60,000 bases of DNA from contig NC_087245.1 in NCBI RefSeq assembly GCF_037042905.1, positions 28,274,001 to 28,334,000 on the forward strand, in the 5' to 3' direction. Position 1 is the stretch's first letter. Every line of letters begins with the position of its first letter. This DNA is from Lytechinus pictus. Taxonomy: Eukaryota. Under the pieces are notes generated by a model that saw nothing but the letters and a program-made list of their open reading frames with translations, was not told the DNA's origin and ran no database searches. Below are positions 26,010-39,308 of this stretch, in pieces. The position numbers were made by a program, and so were the translations under genes.

Positions 26010-29000
26010 AACTGACGAGAAAGAGTACATTCTAAACTACAACATATTGAAATCTGGGCGACAAATGATCAATATTCACGGAGTTATGATCAAATTTGCA
26101 TAAATTTGATGACGTCATTTTTGAAAAAATGAAATTTTCAGTTTAGGCGCAATTTTGATGACGTCATGATCAAATTGAGGGACAATGGTGACATGAAATC
26201 AAATTTACAACTCATACTCTATCGATATATGAAAAAAAAATTGGGGGTCAACGGACTATTTAAAGAGCTACAGTGAATTTTTAATAGGTATGTTTTTGCC
26301 CATATATGGCCTATAGTAAGAGCTCGCGCGCACACGTGCTGCAAAGTTTAACGGGTGTTAATTTCGTTATTAATGGTCGTAGAAGGTTGATCAAGGTATC
26401 AAATTGCTCAGAATTATATTATCAATGCAAGGATATAAAAAAAACGGCGTTTCTGCGTTGCGTTGAAGGCGTTACGCGCGGAAACGCGCGCGCATACCTG
26501 TGCGTGCGCAAATTTTTGAAATGCTTAAAATGACCTGAAACGTACTTTAATTTGGTCAAAAGGTGATTTTGAGCATTTTAAAAATTTGACGAGCGCGTAC
26601 GCGCGCGTCGTGACCTCCAGGTGACCTTTGATGACATGACCTGTTGACCCTTAACCTGAAATTGATGTGATGTTAATTTGATTGATTTTTGATAATTGAT
26701 AATGGAGATATGATCGACAATGTGATTTTACAAAATGGCGCCTGGATGACGTCATCATGACCTGATGACCTTGAAAAAGTTGATTTTACTTGAAATCATA
26801 GAGCTTGATGACTGACAGAAATTTGAAGGAAATTGACCATGTCGATTTCGAGTGAACGTGTGTACAAAAAAGTGTACGGAAGAAATAAAAATAAATAAAG
26901 AAATAAAGAATAAAGAATAAAGAAAGAAAATTCTGGCGAAATCAATAGGTGTTCTGTCATAGACAGACCACCTAATAAATAAATAAAGAATAAAGAAAGA
27001 AAATTCTAGCGAAATCAATAGGTGATCTGTCGTTGACAGACCACCTAATAAAGAAGAAAGAATTGAGCTAAAATATTTCCCATAGACTTTACACGTAAGG
27101 AAAATACGAGAATATCCAATCCAATTTTGCAAGTGAAATACGGGCATGATCCCGGCATCTGATCGAAAAAATAGGTTGACATTTTCGAAAGCTTAGAATC
27201 TCAGCTACAACATACTAAAAGCTCAGGAAAAACTGACAAGAAGAAATGGAGATATGGCTCACGAAATAGAGGGATGTCGAATCTAGTTTTGAGAAAAAGT
27301 CATGTCCCATAGAGATTACATGCAAAATGAGGAAAAATGACATGTCTTTATTATTTGCAATTTTTGAGGATGATCCGTTTATTAAAATGAAAATTAAAGG
27401 CAATAATTCAGAAGAGTAAGACTTAAGCTACAACATATCGAAAAATGGGCGAAAATTGACCAATATTCACGGAGTTAGAGCCTAATTTGCATAATTGTTA
27501 TGACGTCATAACAAGGGAAATGGATATTTTAAGTTCCGACGCCATTTTGATGATGTCATGATCGAATTGAGGGACAATGGTGACATGAAATCAAATCTAC
27601 AACTCAAATTCTATCGATATATGAAAAAAAAATGGGGGTCAACGGACTATTTAAAGAGCTACAGTGAATTTTCAATAGGCATGTTTTTGCCCATATATGG
27701 CCTATAGTGAGAGCTCGCGCGCACACGTGCAGCAAACTTTAACGGGTGTTAATTTCGTTATTAATGGTCGTAGAAGGTTGATCAAGGTATCAAATTGCTC
27801 ATAATTATATTATCAATGCAATGATATAAAACAAAACGTATTTCTGCGTTGCGTTGGAGGCGTTACGCGCGGAAACGCGCGCGCATACGTGTGCGAGCGC
27901 AAATTTTTAAAATGCTTAAAATCACCTAAAACGTACTTTACTTTGGTCAAAAAGTGATTTTGAGCATTTTAAAAATTTGACGCGCGCATACGCGCGCGTC
28001 GTGACCTCCAGGTGACCTTTGATGACATGACCTTTCGACCCTTGACCTGAAGTTGATGTGATGTTAATTTGATTGATTTTTGATAATTGATAATGGAGAT
28101 ATGATCGACAATGTGATTTTACAAAATGGCGCCTGGATGACGTCACGATGACGTGATGACCTTGAAAAAGTAGATTTTACTTGAAATCATAGGGCTTGAT
28201 GACTGACAGAAATTTGAAGGAAATTGACCATGTCGATTTCGAGTGAACGTGTGTACAAAAAAGTGTACGGAAGAAATAAAAATTCTGGCGAAATCAATAG
28301 GTGATCTGTCGTTGACAGACCACCTAATAAAGAATAAAGAATAAAGAATAAAGAAAGAAAATTCTGGCGAAATCAAGAGGTGATCTGTCATAGACAGACC
28401 ACCTAATAAAGAATAAAGAATAAAGAATAAATAAAGAAAGAAAATTCTGGCGAAATCAAGAGGTGATCTGTCATAGACAGACCACCTAATAAAGAATAAA
28501 GAATAAAGAATAAATAAAGAAAGAAAATTCTGGCGAAATCAAGAGGTGATCTGTCATAGACAGACCACCTAATAAAGAAAGAAAATTCTGGCGAAATCAA
28601 GAGGTGATCTGTCTTTGACAGACCACCTAATAAAGAAAGAAAATTCTAACGAAATCAATAAGTGATCTGTCATCGACAGACCACCTAATGAAAAAGAAAA
28701 TCACCTTGTTCACCCCCAGAACTCGAACCTGCGCCCCCGAGAACTCAAGTCAAGTGCGTTATCCATTGAGCCACGATATTCCCCATAGAGATTACACGTA
28801 AGCAAATTTGAGAATTACAAATCCAATTTTGCAAGCGAAAAACGGGCATGATCCTGGCATCTGATCGAAAAATGGAGGGCACATTCCGAAAGCTTACAAT
28901 CTCAGCTACATCATACCAAAAGCTCAGGGGTAATTAGCAAGAAAAAATGAAGATATAGCTCACGAAATAGAGGAATGTAGAATCTAGTTTTGAGAAAAAG

Positions 29001-31079
29001 TCATGTCCCATAGAGATTACACGTAAAATGAGGAAAAATGACATGCCTCTTTTCATTGCAATTTTACACCATGATGCAATTTTCAAAATGAAAATTTATG
29101 TTTATTGAAGAAAAAGAGTACATTCTAAACTACAACATATCGAAATCTGGGCGAAAAATAATCAATATTCACGGAGTTATGATCAAATTTGCATAAATTT
29201 GATGACGTCATTTTTGAAAAAATGAAATTTTCAGTTTAGGCGCAATTTTGATGACGTCATGATCGAATTGAGGGACAATGGTGACATGAAATCAAATCTA
29301 CAACTCATACTCTATCGATATATGTAAAAAATTGGGAGTCAACGGACTATTTAAAGAGCTACATGGAATTTTTAATAGGCATGTTTTTGCCCATATATGG
29401 CCTATAGTAAGAGCTCGCGCGCACACGTGCTGCAAACTTTAACGGGTGTTAATTTCGCTATTAATGGTCGTAGAAGGTTGATCAAGGTATCAAATTGCTC
29501 AGAATTATATTATCAATGCAATGATATAAAAAAAACGGCGTTTCTGCGTTGCGTTGAAGGCGTTACGCGCGGAAACGCGCGCGCATACCTGTGCGTGCGC
29601 AAATTTTTGAAATGCTTAAAATGACCTGAAACGTACTTTACTTTGATCAAAAAGTGATTTTGAGCATTTTAAAAATTTGACGCGCGCGTAAGTGCGCGTC
29701 GTGACCTTCAGGTGACCTTTGATGACATAACCTGTTGATTCTTGACCTGAAGTTGATGTGATGTTAATTTGATTGATTTTTGAAAATTGATAATGGAGAT
29801 ATGATCGACAATGTGATTTTACAAAATGGCGTCTAGATGACGTCATCATGACCTGATGACCTTGAAAAAGTTGATTTAACTTGAAATTATAGGGCTTGAT
29901 AACTGACAGAAATTTGAAGGAAATTGATCATGTCGATTTCGAGTGAACGTGTGTACAAAAAAGTGTACGGAAGAAATAAAAATAAATAAAGAATAAATAA
30001 AGAATAAAGAATAAAGAAAGAAAATTCTGGCGAAATCAATAGGTGATCTGTCATAGACAGACCACCTAAATATCTGCATATTTTGTCTTGCTCATATGAA
30101 GCCCCTTATCACGCTGTGTAATGGGTTTAAAAAATCAGGATATAGTCTTTGTCTGAAGCTTGCTAACAGCCAATTACTTAATGTGTAGTTCATTTCAGTG
30201 CTCAAATTCATGTCTATTTTCAAATTAGAATAAGAACACTAACAAGAGAGGATGCTACATTAGTTGCCAAATTCAAAATTCTAATGGCTGAAAAAGCCAA
30301 ATTTGAATTCCAGCGGCAGAAAAAACAACTAATGGCCCCTACGACTTTTGTACAATTGGAATGTTGTAATTGAGTATAATAAAAGTCTAACTCTTTACAA
30401 CTTTAGGCTTTATACAGGCCTTAACACAGGTCTCTGAATACATTTAGTGTTCCAATGATTTGATTCATAGCTCAGCATGAATTGCTAAATTTTCAACTTT
30501 TTCACCCCTTTGAATATTATCTCAAAGCAAGTACCGGTACATGTAATGTAAGTCACCAACCAATGGTCATGGGAAAATTTATTAAAAACACTAAAGCATG
30601 TACATGTACCATACCAAAAAAAGGGGGTAATCCAAACTGAGAGGGCTAAAATTCAAAGATTGTTAATATATTCAACAATTTTAATTTAGGCCTCTGAAAA
30701 TAATAGAGCAGCAACTCATCTTTTTTTTGGTATTTGTCACTCATGTACATGTACATGTTGTACCACTGACATCATGCAATACATTTAAAGCTGAAAAAGG
30801 TGAAATACAACACAGATATTTTACTTTTTCCCCCTATTTTTGGTTTACAGTGAATAGAAGCTCATTATTATGGTTAATCAGACTTGCAACTTTTTAGCCA
30901 TGCATAGTGAGAAAAATGGCTTTATCTATTAAAGTTGCCAATCTTCAAACAGAGAAATCACTCAGCTGAAGCATCAGTGAAATTGCATTTCAGTTGACGC
31001 TCTTACTTGCCCAAAATATGAATTCATACCAGTTTTCTTCATCACTGAGCATGGTATAAATATCGTAAGTTCATCTCAG

Positions 31080-31631
31080 GAAAATATTAATTTGAATCAA
31101 CAGAAAAAAAATCAGTCAAGCATTATGCTAAAAACTTCATCAAAATCAGATGCGAAATAAGACAGAACTTTTTTTTCCTTTCTAGTCACAAAACAGTAAT
31201 GAACAATTCAGTGATATATGCAAATGAGAGAGTAGCTGATGTCCCTCACTCATTTTTGTCTGTTTTTTATTGTTTGATACAATATTTCAATGTTTACAGA
31301 TTTGACGATATAATGACCAACTTGACCAAACCACAAAATGTTAAAATACATGTAATGGTAAATCGAGATGTTCAGGGAGGGATAAATCTGTTTCACATGA
31401 CATTGAAGAAAAAATTAAAATATTTCACATCTATAGAAAAGATGTACTGAGTGGGTGACTTCATCAGTCCCTCAATTGCATTTCGACCAGGATGTGTTTT
31501 GTGAAATTAAGCAAGACTTTAAAACGTCGTAACTTTCTTTAATATTCAACATCCCATTTTTATGAAATTTTCATTGTTATGCTTGTTGGATTTCTGTCCT
31601 AACTTTTGGTGAGGGTGGACTTGTCCTTTAA
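31080..31631. mobile_element. Degenerate copy of the Kolobok-like element at 19771-20362
   Basis: Shared TTCATCAAAATCAGATG, ATGCAAATGAG..CTGATG..CCTCACT and right end GGGTGGACTTGTCCT-TTAA. Confidence 0.6.
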
Positions 31632-32859
31632 GTATTTGCTAAATTTTGTTCTTTTATATTCTGGTAAAAAAAATATATATTGTAATTCATCAATCTCAGA
31701 AAATTAGCCCTCTATACCTACTTTTCATTTGTTGCCACAAGTTATCAAGCATCATATCTTCTTCGATATTACAATACTATACTTAGAACAATATTTAAAA
31801 CTTATCAGTAAAATAGCATAAAATATAAGTATTTTAAATGTTTCAATTTGTCCCTGATTTCATAATTGAGTAATCCAAGAGGAACGATGTAATCTTAATC
31901 CATTTTACTTTTGTCTGAAGTTTAAAAATTTTTCAGAACATGAAAATGGCTTGTACTATTAGACCTATAGGCCTACAGAAAACTTTAATGCACTGGTACC
32001 TAGAAATTTTTTTTTTTTTCATTTTTACGAAGGTCGAAGTGGCAATATTTCTAACACCCTAAGGCATATATGTAAAGTAATATACAGTCACTCAAGATAC
32101 TGCATCCTGACTTTAACACAGGTTGACTTCCTTCTTCTTTTTCAAGGAAATAGGTCTTCTACAGATAGAACATTCTCCTTTTTTTAAATTTCTTGTTTTT
32201 CTTTGTTCATTTTTATGAAATTTTCCCCTGGTAAAAAAAAGAGATGTTGTTTTTTGTCGGGTGTCCTGACACTTTTAAAAGCCTTCTTAGTATTTGTCTC
32301 TGGATAACACTAAAAATATGAATTCAATAGTTGTAAATTTTGTAATCATTTTTTTATTTTTGTTCTCTATAATATTGCGTAACATTTTGTACAAGAAACT
32401 GATGAAACTTTGCTTATTTTTCAAAAAGGCTGTTTAAAACTGACTGTCCAGACACACATCAAACTGGGTATAGACCTAGATCTACCCTTTCTGCCCACTC
32501 CTTCCTTCCCAAGAGTGGCTGTGGCCACTCATCCTATGAACCTCGTTCGTAGGATGATAGACAGGAATAACCGTCGTTTCTGGGGATTTATTCAACAATT
32601 TCTGACATTTTACTGTAATCCCCATTTACCGCCGGTAGGGTGTACGTGTGGGCTCGCATGTGTTCTCATTCCCTCCCTTTTGTCAATTCACAGTCCAAAG
32701 TTTGATGTAATTTTACACATCGAATTTACAATCTAAGGATGTATAAACAACAAACTTTTAAAACTTGATATTTTAATATTTAAATACTTTAAACGATATA
32801 GATGAAAAAGGCATGAAAAATATACTTTACCGATGTTTAATTGGGTTGAACACGATAAA

Positions 32860-33180
32860 AATGGTCAAAATGGCAGCCAAACTATACAATATTTACAAAC
32901 GAACGTCAACAATCACGAATGTGATATCGATATTGCTTTCGATATTATACGATCTGCTCCATATGCGAACGAAACCGAAGATAAACGATACTAGTTATAC
33001 TAGTACTAGTACTAGTTATAATCGCGATATATCGATTCGAGACATTAAGTTAATAACGATAATGACGTCATTCAAGATGGCAACTTGCAAGAAAAACCGT
33101 CAGGTCAGGTGAAAATGTCTTAGATGACAGATTTCTCAATCATCCAGAGGATTTTTTTCAATAACTCCGGCCCAAGGTAT
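32860..33180. promoter_or_regulatory. Candidate CpG-enriched promoter region
   Basis: Local CpG enrichment, YY1-like CAAAATGGC (~32866) and CAAGATGGC (~33073), TGACGTCA at ~33063; donor-like sites on both strands (minus ~32830, plus AAG/GTATG ~33177). Confidence 0.3.
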
Positions 33181-35274
33181 GCAATTACTTAAGTTATTTA
33201 TATTTCCTTGATAATGGAAACCATGAAACTTTCAATTTTGCTTAAAAAACAGTTTTAAATCGCGATCTATAAAACGCTAGTTCACTATACGTTGGCTGTA
33301 GGCACGGGGCCCCATCCCCTTCAGTCTATGTATGGTGAGTGGAGCCAACGTAGTTCAGCGGAACAACCAAAATACAGAGACTGAAGCTTAAGTTTTGGTC
33401 TAGTAGGATGAGTGCTATGAACTAGGTTATATTTCAAACTCAAACTAAGAAGTCAAAGGACAGGTTATAACTCACGTGGCACATGGATCAATGAACTAAA
33501 ATTGATGCCCATTAATGATTTTGGCATTATCGTGGTTTATGTCACCAGTCCATTCACCGCCGTTTATTTCGTCGACAACGGCGGTGACTTTTTTCCACTC
33601 CCATTGCATTGACTTTGACTTTTGTACACAACGAGCGCACACACACACAAGAAGAGAGGTGACAAATTTCACGATAAGGCCATGATTTTTATTAATTTAC
33701 ATCTTGTTTATAAAAGTTGGACAAATCACAAGGAGAGGGGGAAAATATATGATCTCACAAAGCCTTCGCTACAACCAGCGATTTAGCTTATGTACAATTC
33801 GAATTGATGAATCACAGAATCGTGATAGATCAATTCGACATGTGTGCATAAAAATTGCATGCACCGGTCATGCCGGTAATATTTGGGCCTCCCCCGTGTG
33901 GTTTGCCACAACAAAAATGTTAAAGTTAGACTTACAGGCATGTAGTGTCAGCACAGCGAATGCTTACTACCGGGGCAGGCAGTTGCATGGGATAACTGAA
34001 CAATATCCACAGTCCAATCGCTAAAGGAACTGATATTCTCCTTTACAAGCTATCCAGCTGCGACGAAAGACAACCAACACTCAACCGCAGCAAAGCCTCC
34101 GTCAACATACACAACTACGTACCAGGTACCGGTACGGTGTATCGGTACAGCGTGAAAAAAAAAGTATTAAAAAAAACACAGAACAAAACAAACCACTGGC
34201 GCGCGCTATTTGCCGCTACTTCCGGGTAATAGTCTTTACTTAATCAGTTTTTTTTATATGAGATAATGGAAAATCCATATTTTTAGGGAGAATGGTGGAA
34301 TGAGAAATAGTATTGATTAAATAATCAATCTAATTATGTAATTATTTTGGTTTAAGTAAGTTTTTGTTAGGAATGCCTCTAAAATATTAAAGTAAACAAA
34401 CCTCTGAATCGTATAGTGTCTCTTATTTTAGACTATTTTCAGACACATGTGCAGAAAGATAGGTAGCGCGCATGTATCATAGAGATGTATACTAATTACA
34501 CATCTCTATGGCATGTATACATCGGCTCTCGCTAGCTTGCGACGCCCTGAGTCTCGGCCAAAACTCCTTTCAATTCCTGTAATGTAAACTATGCGCCTAC
34601 GGCAGCTGCATCATTGGCCATTTTCTGGGTTTTGACTGTGCTGAGACTTGTACTTGTAGCAGTTCCAAATGTTTTCCTAATGCAGCTGAAGCTTGCATGT
34701 GGATTTAATGCTTAACAAAATCAACGATCAAAATAGGTCTATTTGCGTGTGCTGAGAATTGGTGAGCAGGTGAGTTTTATTTTTAATTGTTATTCTTGTT
34801 ATTCGATAAGAGTAGACTTTGGAACTCCCTCCCCAAAGCACAGTTAATTGCACCTCTATACACATCTTGAAACAAGAGGATGAGTGAACAGACCCAGCTC
34901 CGTTAATAACGGTGGTTGTTTTTACTTGCACGCTGTAAGCAATTTTTTATCGGATAATGTACATACACTTGCACGCTGCACTTCACCAGTCATGCCAGTA
35001 CGACAATTCACCAGACGGTGGACTGTACTGTTTCCAGAACTAGAAGAAGAAGAAGTTGCATGTCTTGAGTCTTGACAATATGCTTGACTTTAATTTATTT
35101 TGCCTGATGGTGATGTCAATTGTCATGAATTTATTTTAGCCTAGAATAGATCATTTCTCATGTTTCATGTCACTTGACCAAGTTGCTGTTTCAGATTTAC
35201 TAGTTCAATATTATTAAATTACATTGCTCTCAGAATGGAAAAGAAGGATAAATGAAGGATAGCTGCCCTGAAGA

Positions 35275-35609
35275 TACCTCGAGCGAAGTTCGTGTAGGCT
35301 CCACTCCACTTTGCACTTCACTACCGCTACACTACACTCCATCTACCCGAACTTCGAGACCGTGGGAAATATAAAATTCATGCAACATCACAATCTTTAA
35401 AAACAATTAAAACTAGTAATATTCTTACTTTACACAAAGTTTCACTTCTTTTCCATGCTTCTAACAGTCTCAAAATGGGTGATTTAGAGCCAACATGAAG
35501 TTCCTCACACGTATAAAAATAATTCGCCGCTGATTTCAAAACATCGCATGCACGCGAGGGTCCAGTTCGGGTAGGTGGAGTGGAGCCTACACGAACTTCG
35601 CTCGAGGTA
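35275..35609. mobile_element. MITE with ~35-bp perfect TIR and ~9-bp TSD
   Basis: TACCTCGAGCGAAGTTCGTGTAGGCTCCACTCCAC and its reverse complement; flanks CCCTGAAGA / ACCTGAAGA. Confidence 0.8.
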
Positions 35610-37028
35610 ACCTGAAGATAGAGATGATAAGGGGTGCAGGTGAGATCTCAGAAAGAAAAAACGGTCAGAAGAATTTTATTTAATTTTCCATTTGAATTAG
35701 GGACAGATTAAAAGTTGTACTTAGAGCTGGAGGTGATGACGATGGAAGAGAGGGTGTAAGTTAAAGAAGTTTTTTGTTATGAAGTTGTTATGTATGTACT
35801 TTGTATGGATAAGTTTTTTTAATGTATTATGTCTTTATTCTTTATGTCACGGTGCACTCATCTCAAGCACTGCTTACAGAGTTGCTACCTCCATTGTTCT
35901 TGTTAAATTTTTGAAATTGTATTTATGCTTTTATATTTGGAAATAAATGTTGAATTGAATTGAAGATGAAGAAGATAGAAGAACAGTGCCAAGTCAACAA
36001 CAATGGCAAGGGCATGAAGGACGTACATTCGACAACTAAACAAGAAAGGAATTAAATTGAGGAGAACCTACATGTGATGTAGGCCTACTGTAGGTCCTAC
36101 AATATAATTCTCAAATAGATTACATCTACTTCTAGCCAGAATTAAATTTATTTGGAGGGTGTATCTGACTGACCATTTGTCTGTAGATTTGCTGTTATAA
36201 GAAAAGCCATCCTTTTAAAGTGAACCGCCCCTCCCCCTTGCAATGAGAGGCAGTTAAATAATATTAATAGATCCTTTCTGGATTCAGAAGTTAGAACCCT
36301 TTTCTGAACTTGTCACTAAATTTTGCAAAATGAAGTTGATTTTTTTTTTTTGCCCTGGCTCCATATTTATGAAATTCTCCAGCTTGTTAATGGTCTATGG
36401 AATTTGAGCTTAAAATTAATTCAAGGCAATAGCCTAGTCATCTCTTGAGTATGGACATTCATCACTTTGATATCAATATCAATATCAAAGTGCATCCACT
36501 TTCCAGATAAGCAATTAATATCAAGGACCATTATCCGGGGGGGGGGCACTCAAATACATTGGGGTTACAGGGACGTGCTACTTCGATAAACTCCTTTTTC
36601 AGTTCTCTAGATACGCCGAATGACAAGAGTTCTCTTCAGAAGCCGCCCCACCCCCCTCACAAGACCCGTTACTAAACATCTCCGTTCCCCAGCCCTGCCT
36701 AAATTGTCCAGCGTAAACACCGCAAAGGTAGCTGCACGCACAGCTTTATAGATCCCTCCATACCACGCGTGCCTAGTGCTACTACCAAACTCAGCAATTG
36801 CAGACACGGCTACATTACAAGGGTTAGTTTTTACCTACTGAAATATTTACTTTTGTTATTTCATTTTCTTAGTAAACTTTTAGAGTTTTCCTATATTTCC
36901 CGCCAGCATCCACAAAAATATTTTATTTTGATTTATTCCTTTAATATTTGTTTATTACCTCAAACATTTGTAGTTATTAATGTGATTTTTTTATTTATTC
37001 CAGAACAGTGTTTATCAACAATTGAAGT

Positions 37029-37284
37029 ATGGAAATGACAGAGGATGAAATACCTCTTCCATCATCATCACCTGTATCACCACGGCAACCAGGAGGAGAA
37101 GAACCACTCTCTCACCTGGATGCGATGGCTATCGTGCGGAAGGAACTTGGTGAGGTCCTCGATGATCCCCTTCTGGAAGATCTTCCCCAGGATGTTTGTG
37201 TGGAAGAGGTGAACCTCCAAATTGCTCTGGAGTATGGTCAGGCCATGACAGTGATCGTCAGAAGAGCTGATGGTGATCTTATGC
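37029..37284 (+). CDS. SNRNP25: U11/U12 snRNP 25 kDa protein, coding exon 1
   Basis: DPLLEDLPQDVCVEEVNLQIALEYGQAMTV resembles the SNRNP25 N-terminus; acceptor AG at 37002-37003, GTAAG donor at 37285. Confidence 0.92.
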
Positions 37285-38074
37285 GTAAGCAAGGTCTTTG
37301 ATTCATTTTGAACGTCCAGCAATCCATGAAAATACAAATATCTTGATGTTGCTTTTATTAAAAAACCTGACCAGATTGTTCCACAGGCAAGAATTTGACT
37401 CCTATGCTTTTAAAAACCAAGTACAAATTGATGTATAAGAGCATTCCAAGTATACATTTTACACAAAATCACCACGCACTTGGACACAATTTCTGAATTA
37501 TGGTGAAACAATTGATTTATATTAGATCATAAATTTGAAGATTAGCAAGTCATTATCTTTGGTGTTCCTCAGTACATCCCTTATATATAGCTTGTACATG
37601 TAGTCGTAGTGTATTCATTTTTCATAACTTTCTGCTTGTCCAACATTGCCAAAGTTTTCAGTTCTGTATATTGCTCATGCTTCTTGAGAAAACTATGGCA
37701 GATTTCTGAATTTTTATATGCAAAACAAGTGGAAAGACACAATATCCGTAAGATGAGAATCTTTCTGAAAGGTGGGCTACTAGCACATTCAATAGAAGCG
37801 TTTACTGTATTCCAGAAATAATCTTTGCTCACACTGTTGCCTTTAGGTTTGTGAATTGAATTTTAGAAAGAAAATGGGTTTTTTAAAGAGGGTTGAAACT
37901 ATTTGGAGATGCTTTACATTGACCTGTCAAGTCAGATAGTTTGGACCCAACATCGAGAATTGAGAGCTTTTGATGAGAACTTTAGCAAAAAGTGTCTCTT
38001 TTCATCTTCTTTTTCAATTTATATTTTGCAAGGTATGCTATCATTCTTCTTGCTTATTTTTTTTTTCATGATAG

Positions 38075-38180
38075 CTGTAGTGGTAATGCAGACTGCAACT
38101 GTTCAGGATTTGAAGAGTGCCATCAAGAGGTACTTCGAGCTCAAGCAGAATCGAGAGGAAATCAAAAAGAGAATAAGCTG
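38075..38180 (+). CDS. SNRNP25: SNRNP25 coding exon 2
   Basis: (P)VVVMQTATVQDLKSAIKRYFELKQNREEIKKRISW; phases match the neighbouring exons. Confidence 0.92.
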
Positions 38181-38334
38181 GTAAGATCAGAAATTTGACA
38201 ATTCAATACTATTAATTTCGCAGATATTTTCAATAATATGATTTATATATTTTTACAGCTTTCATGTCTGTGTTTACACGCTAATTATAATTATACTTCT
38301 GTGTATTAAAGCGCTTCATACCTACTTTATCAGA

Positions 38335-38537
38335 AGTCTCTAAGCACAGCATAATTACCCTGGCTTTGGCAGAGCAGCTTTTATGCACCCTGCGTTTCAA
38401 AGAATAAATTCCTGCCAGATTCCTGTTTACCACATCTAGGTTGAGTGCAGCACATTATGGATCAGAAAATTGAGATTTGAACTCAAATTCCTTTGTTTTA
38501 ATGCCTAGAAGCTAATCCACTAGGCCACAATGCTCCA
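38335..38537 (-). mobile_element. Degenerate tRNA-derived SINE in a SNRNP25 intron
   Basis: Reverse-complement similarity to the 6432-6720 copy (ATTACCCTGGCTTT, GGTTGAGTGCAGCACA). Confidence 0.65.
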
Positions 38538-39233
38538 CTTTACTCTATTTAGAAAAACAAGTTCGCTGGTCCATCAATAAAGGGCACGTTTTCTGTTTTC
38601 TTGTAAATCTGGTTTCTAAGTGAAGCATCAGATACATGTCCGTAGAATTTACTTTTCCTATTATGAGTGAGTGTTGTTCTTTATGTCTATATTCACTGGA
38701 CAAATATTTTGAAATCTTGTTCAGTTTAAACTCTGGTTTAAAGTTATATGGTGTAACTATGGATAGCCAGTTGTAACACTAATCTTTAACATTAAAAGTT
38801 AATTTCAAGAATAGTGTTAATTCATATTTATTTAGCATGATGTAAAACCGTGTACTTTTAATTTAATTGTGGTTTTTATATGGCAGCAATGGGCCACTTT
38901 TCATCATTTTATGATGGCAAAATCAGGCCAAAAGAACAATCTAAAAAAAGGAAAAAAATTATTACATTTGCTGATCAATCAATTCATTCCTAACTTTCTT
39001 GGAATAATAGCTTAAATAGTTTATTTTTCACCATTAAAGCATGGGGGAAAGAACAGATTAAACAGTGAACATACAATGTAAACCAAATTTAGAGATTTTC
39101 GGCTTCCCATAATTTTAGCACAGAGTTAGACCATGGCTTAAATCAAACTGGACTACAGAATATGGGCATATGCCTTTTAAAATGATTCACTTGATATCAT
39201 ATATCATTCTTTCTCTCTTCCTCTCTTTGTAAG

Positions 39234-39308
39234 GCGGTATGTCTGGAGGAGTTATTATCTTTGCTTTGAAGGTGAGAAGCTGACTGATGATTACAAGAAA
39301 CTGAGAGA
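39234..39308 (+). CDS. SNRNP25: SNRNP25 coding exon 3
   Basis: RYVWRSYYLCFEGEKLTDDYKKLR; AG acceptor and GTGAGT donor. Confidence 0.92.

Larger units (their letters stand above)
20533..30069 (-). mobile_element. Non-autonomous Helentron (DINE-1/HINE-like) with internal tandem amplification
   Basis: Minus-strand 5' end TTAGGTGGTCTGTC-TAT-GACAGATCACCTA hairpin then (TTCTTTA)n microsatellite; 3' end subterminal IR GACAGACCACCTAA, stem-loop AATTCGTC-CGCAT-GACGAATT, CTAG, then T-run; no TSD; three related internal blocks. Confidence 0.78.
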
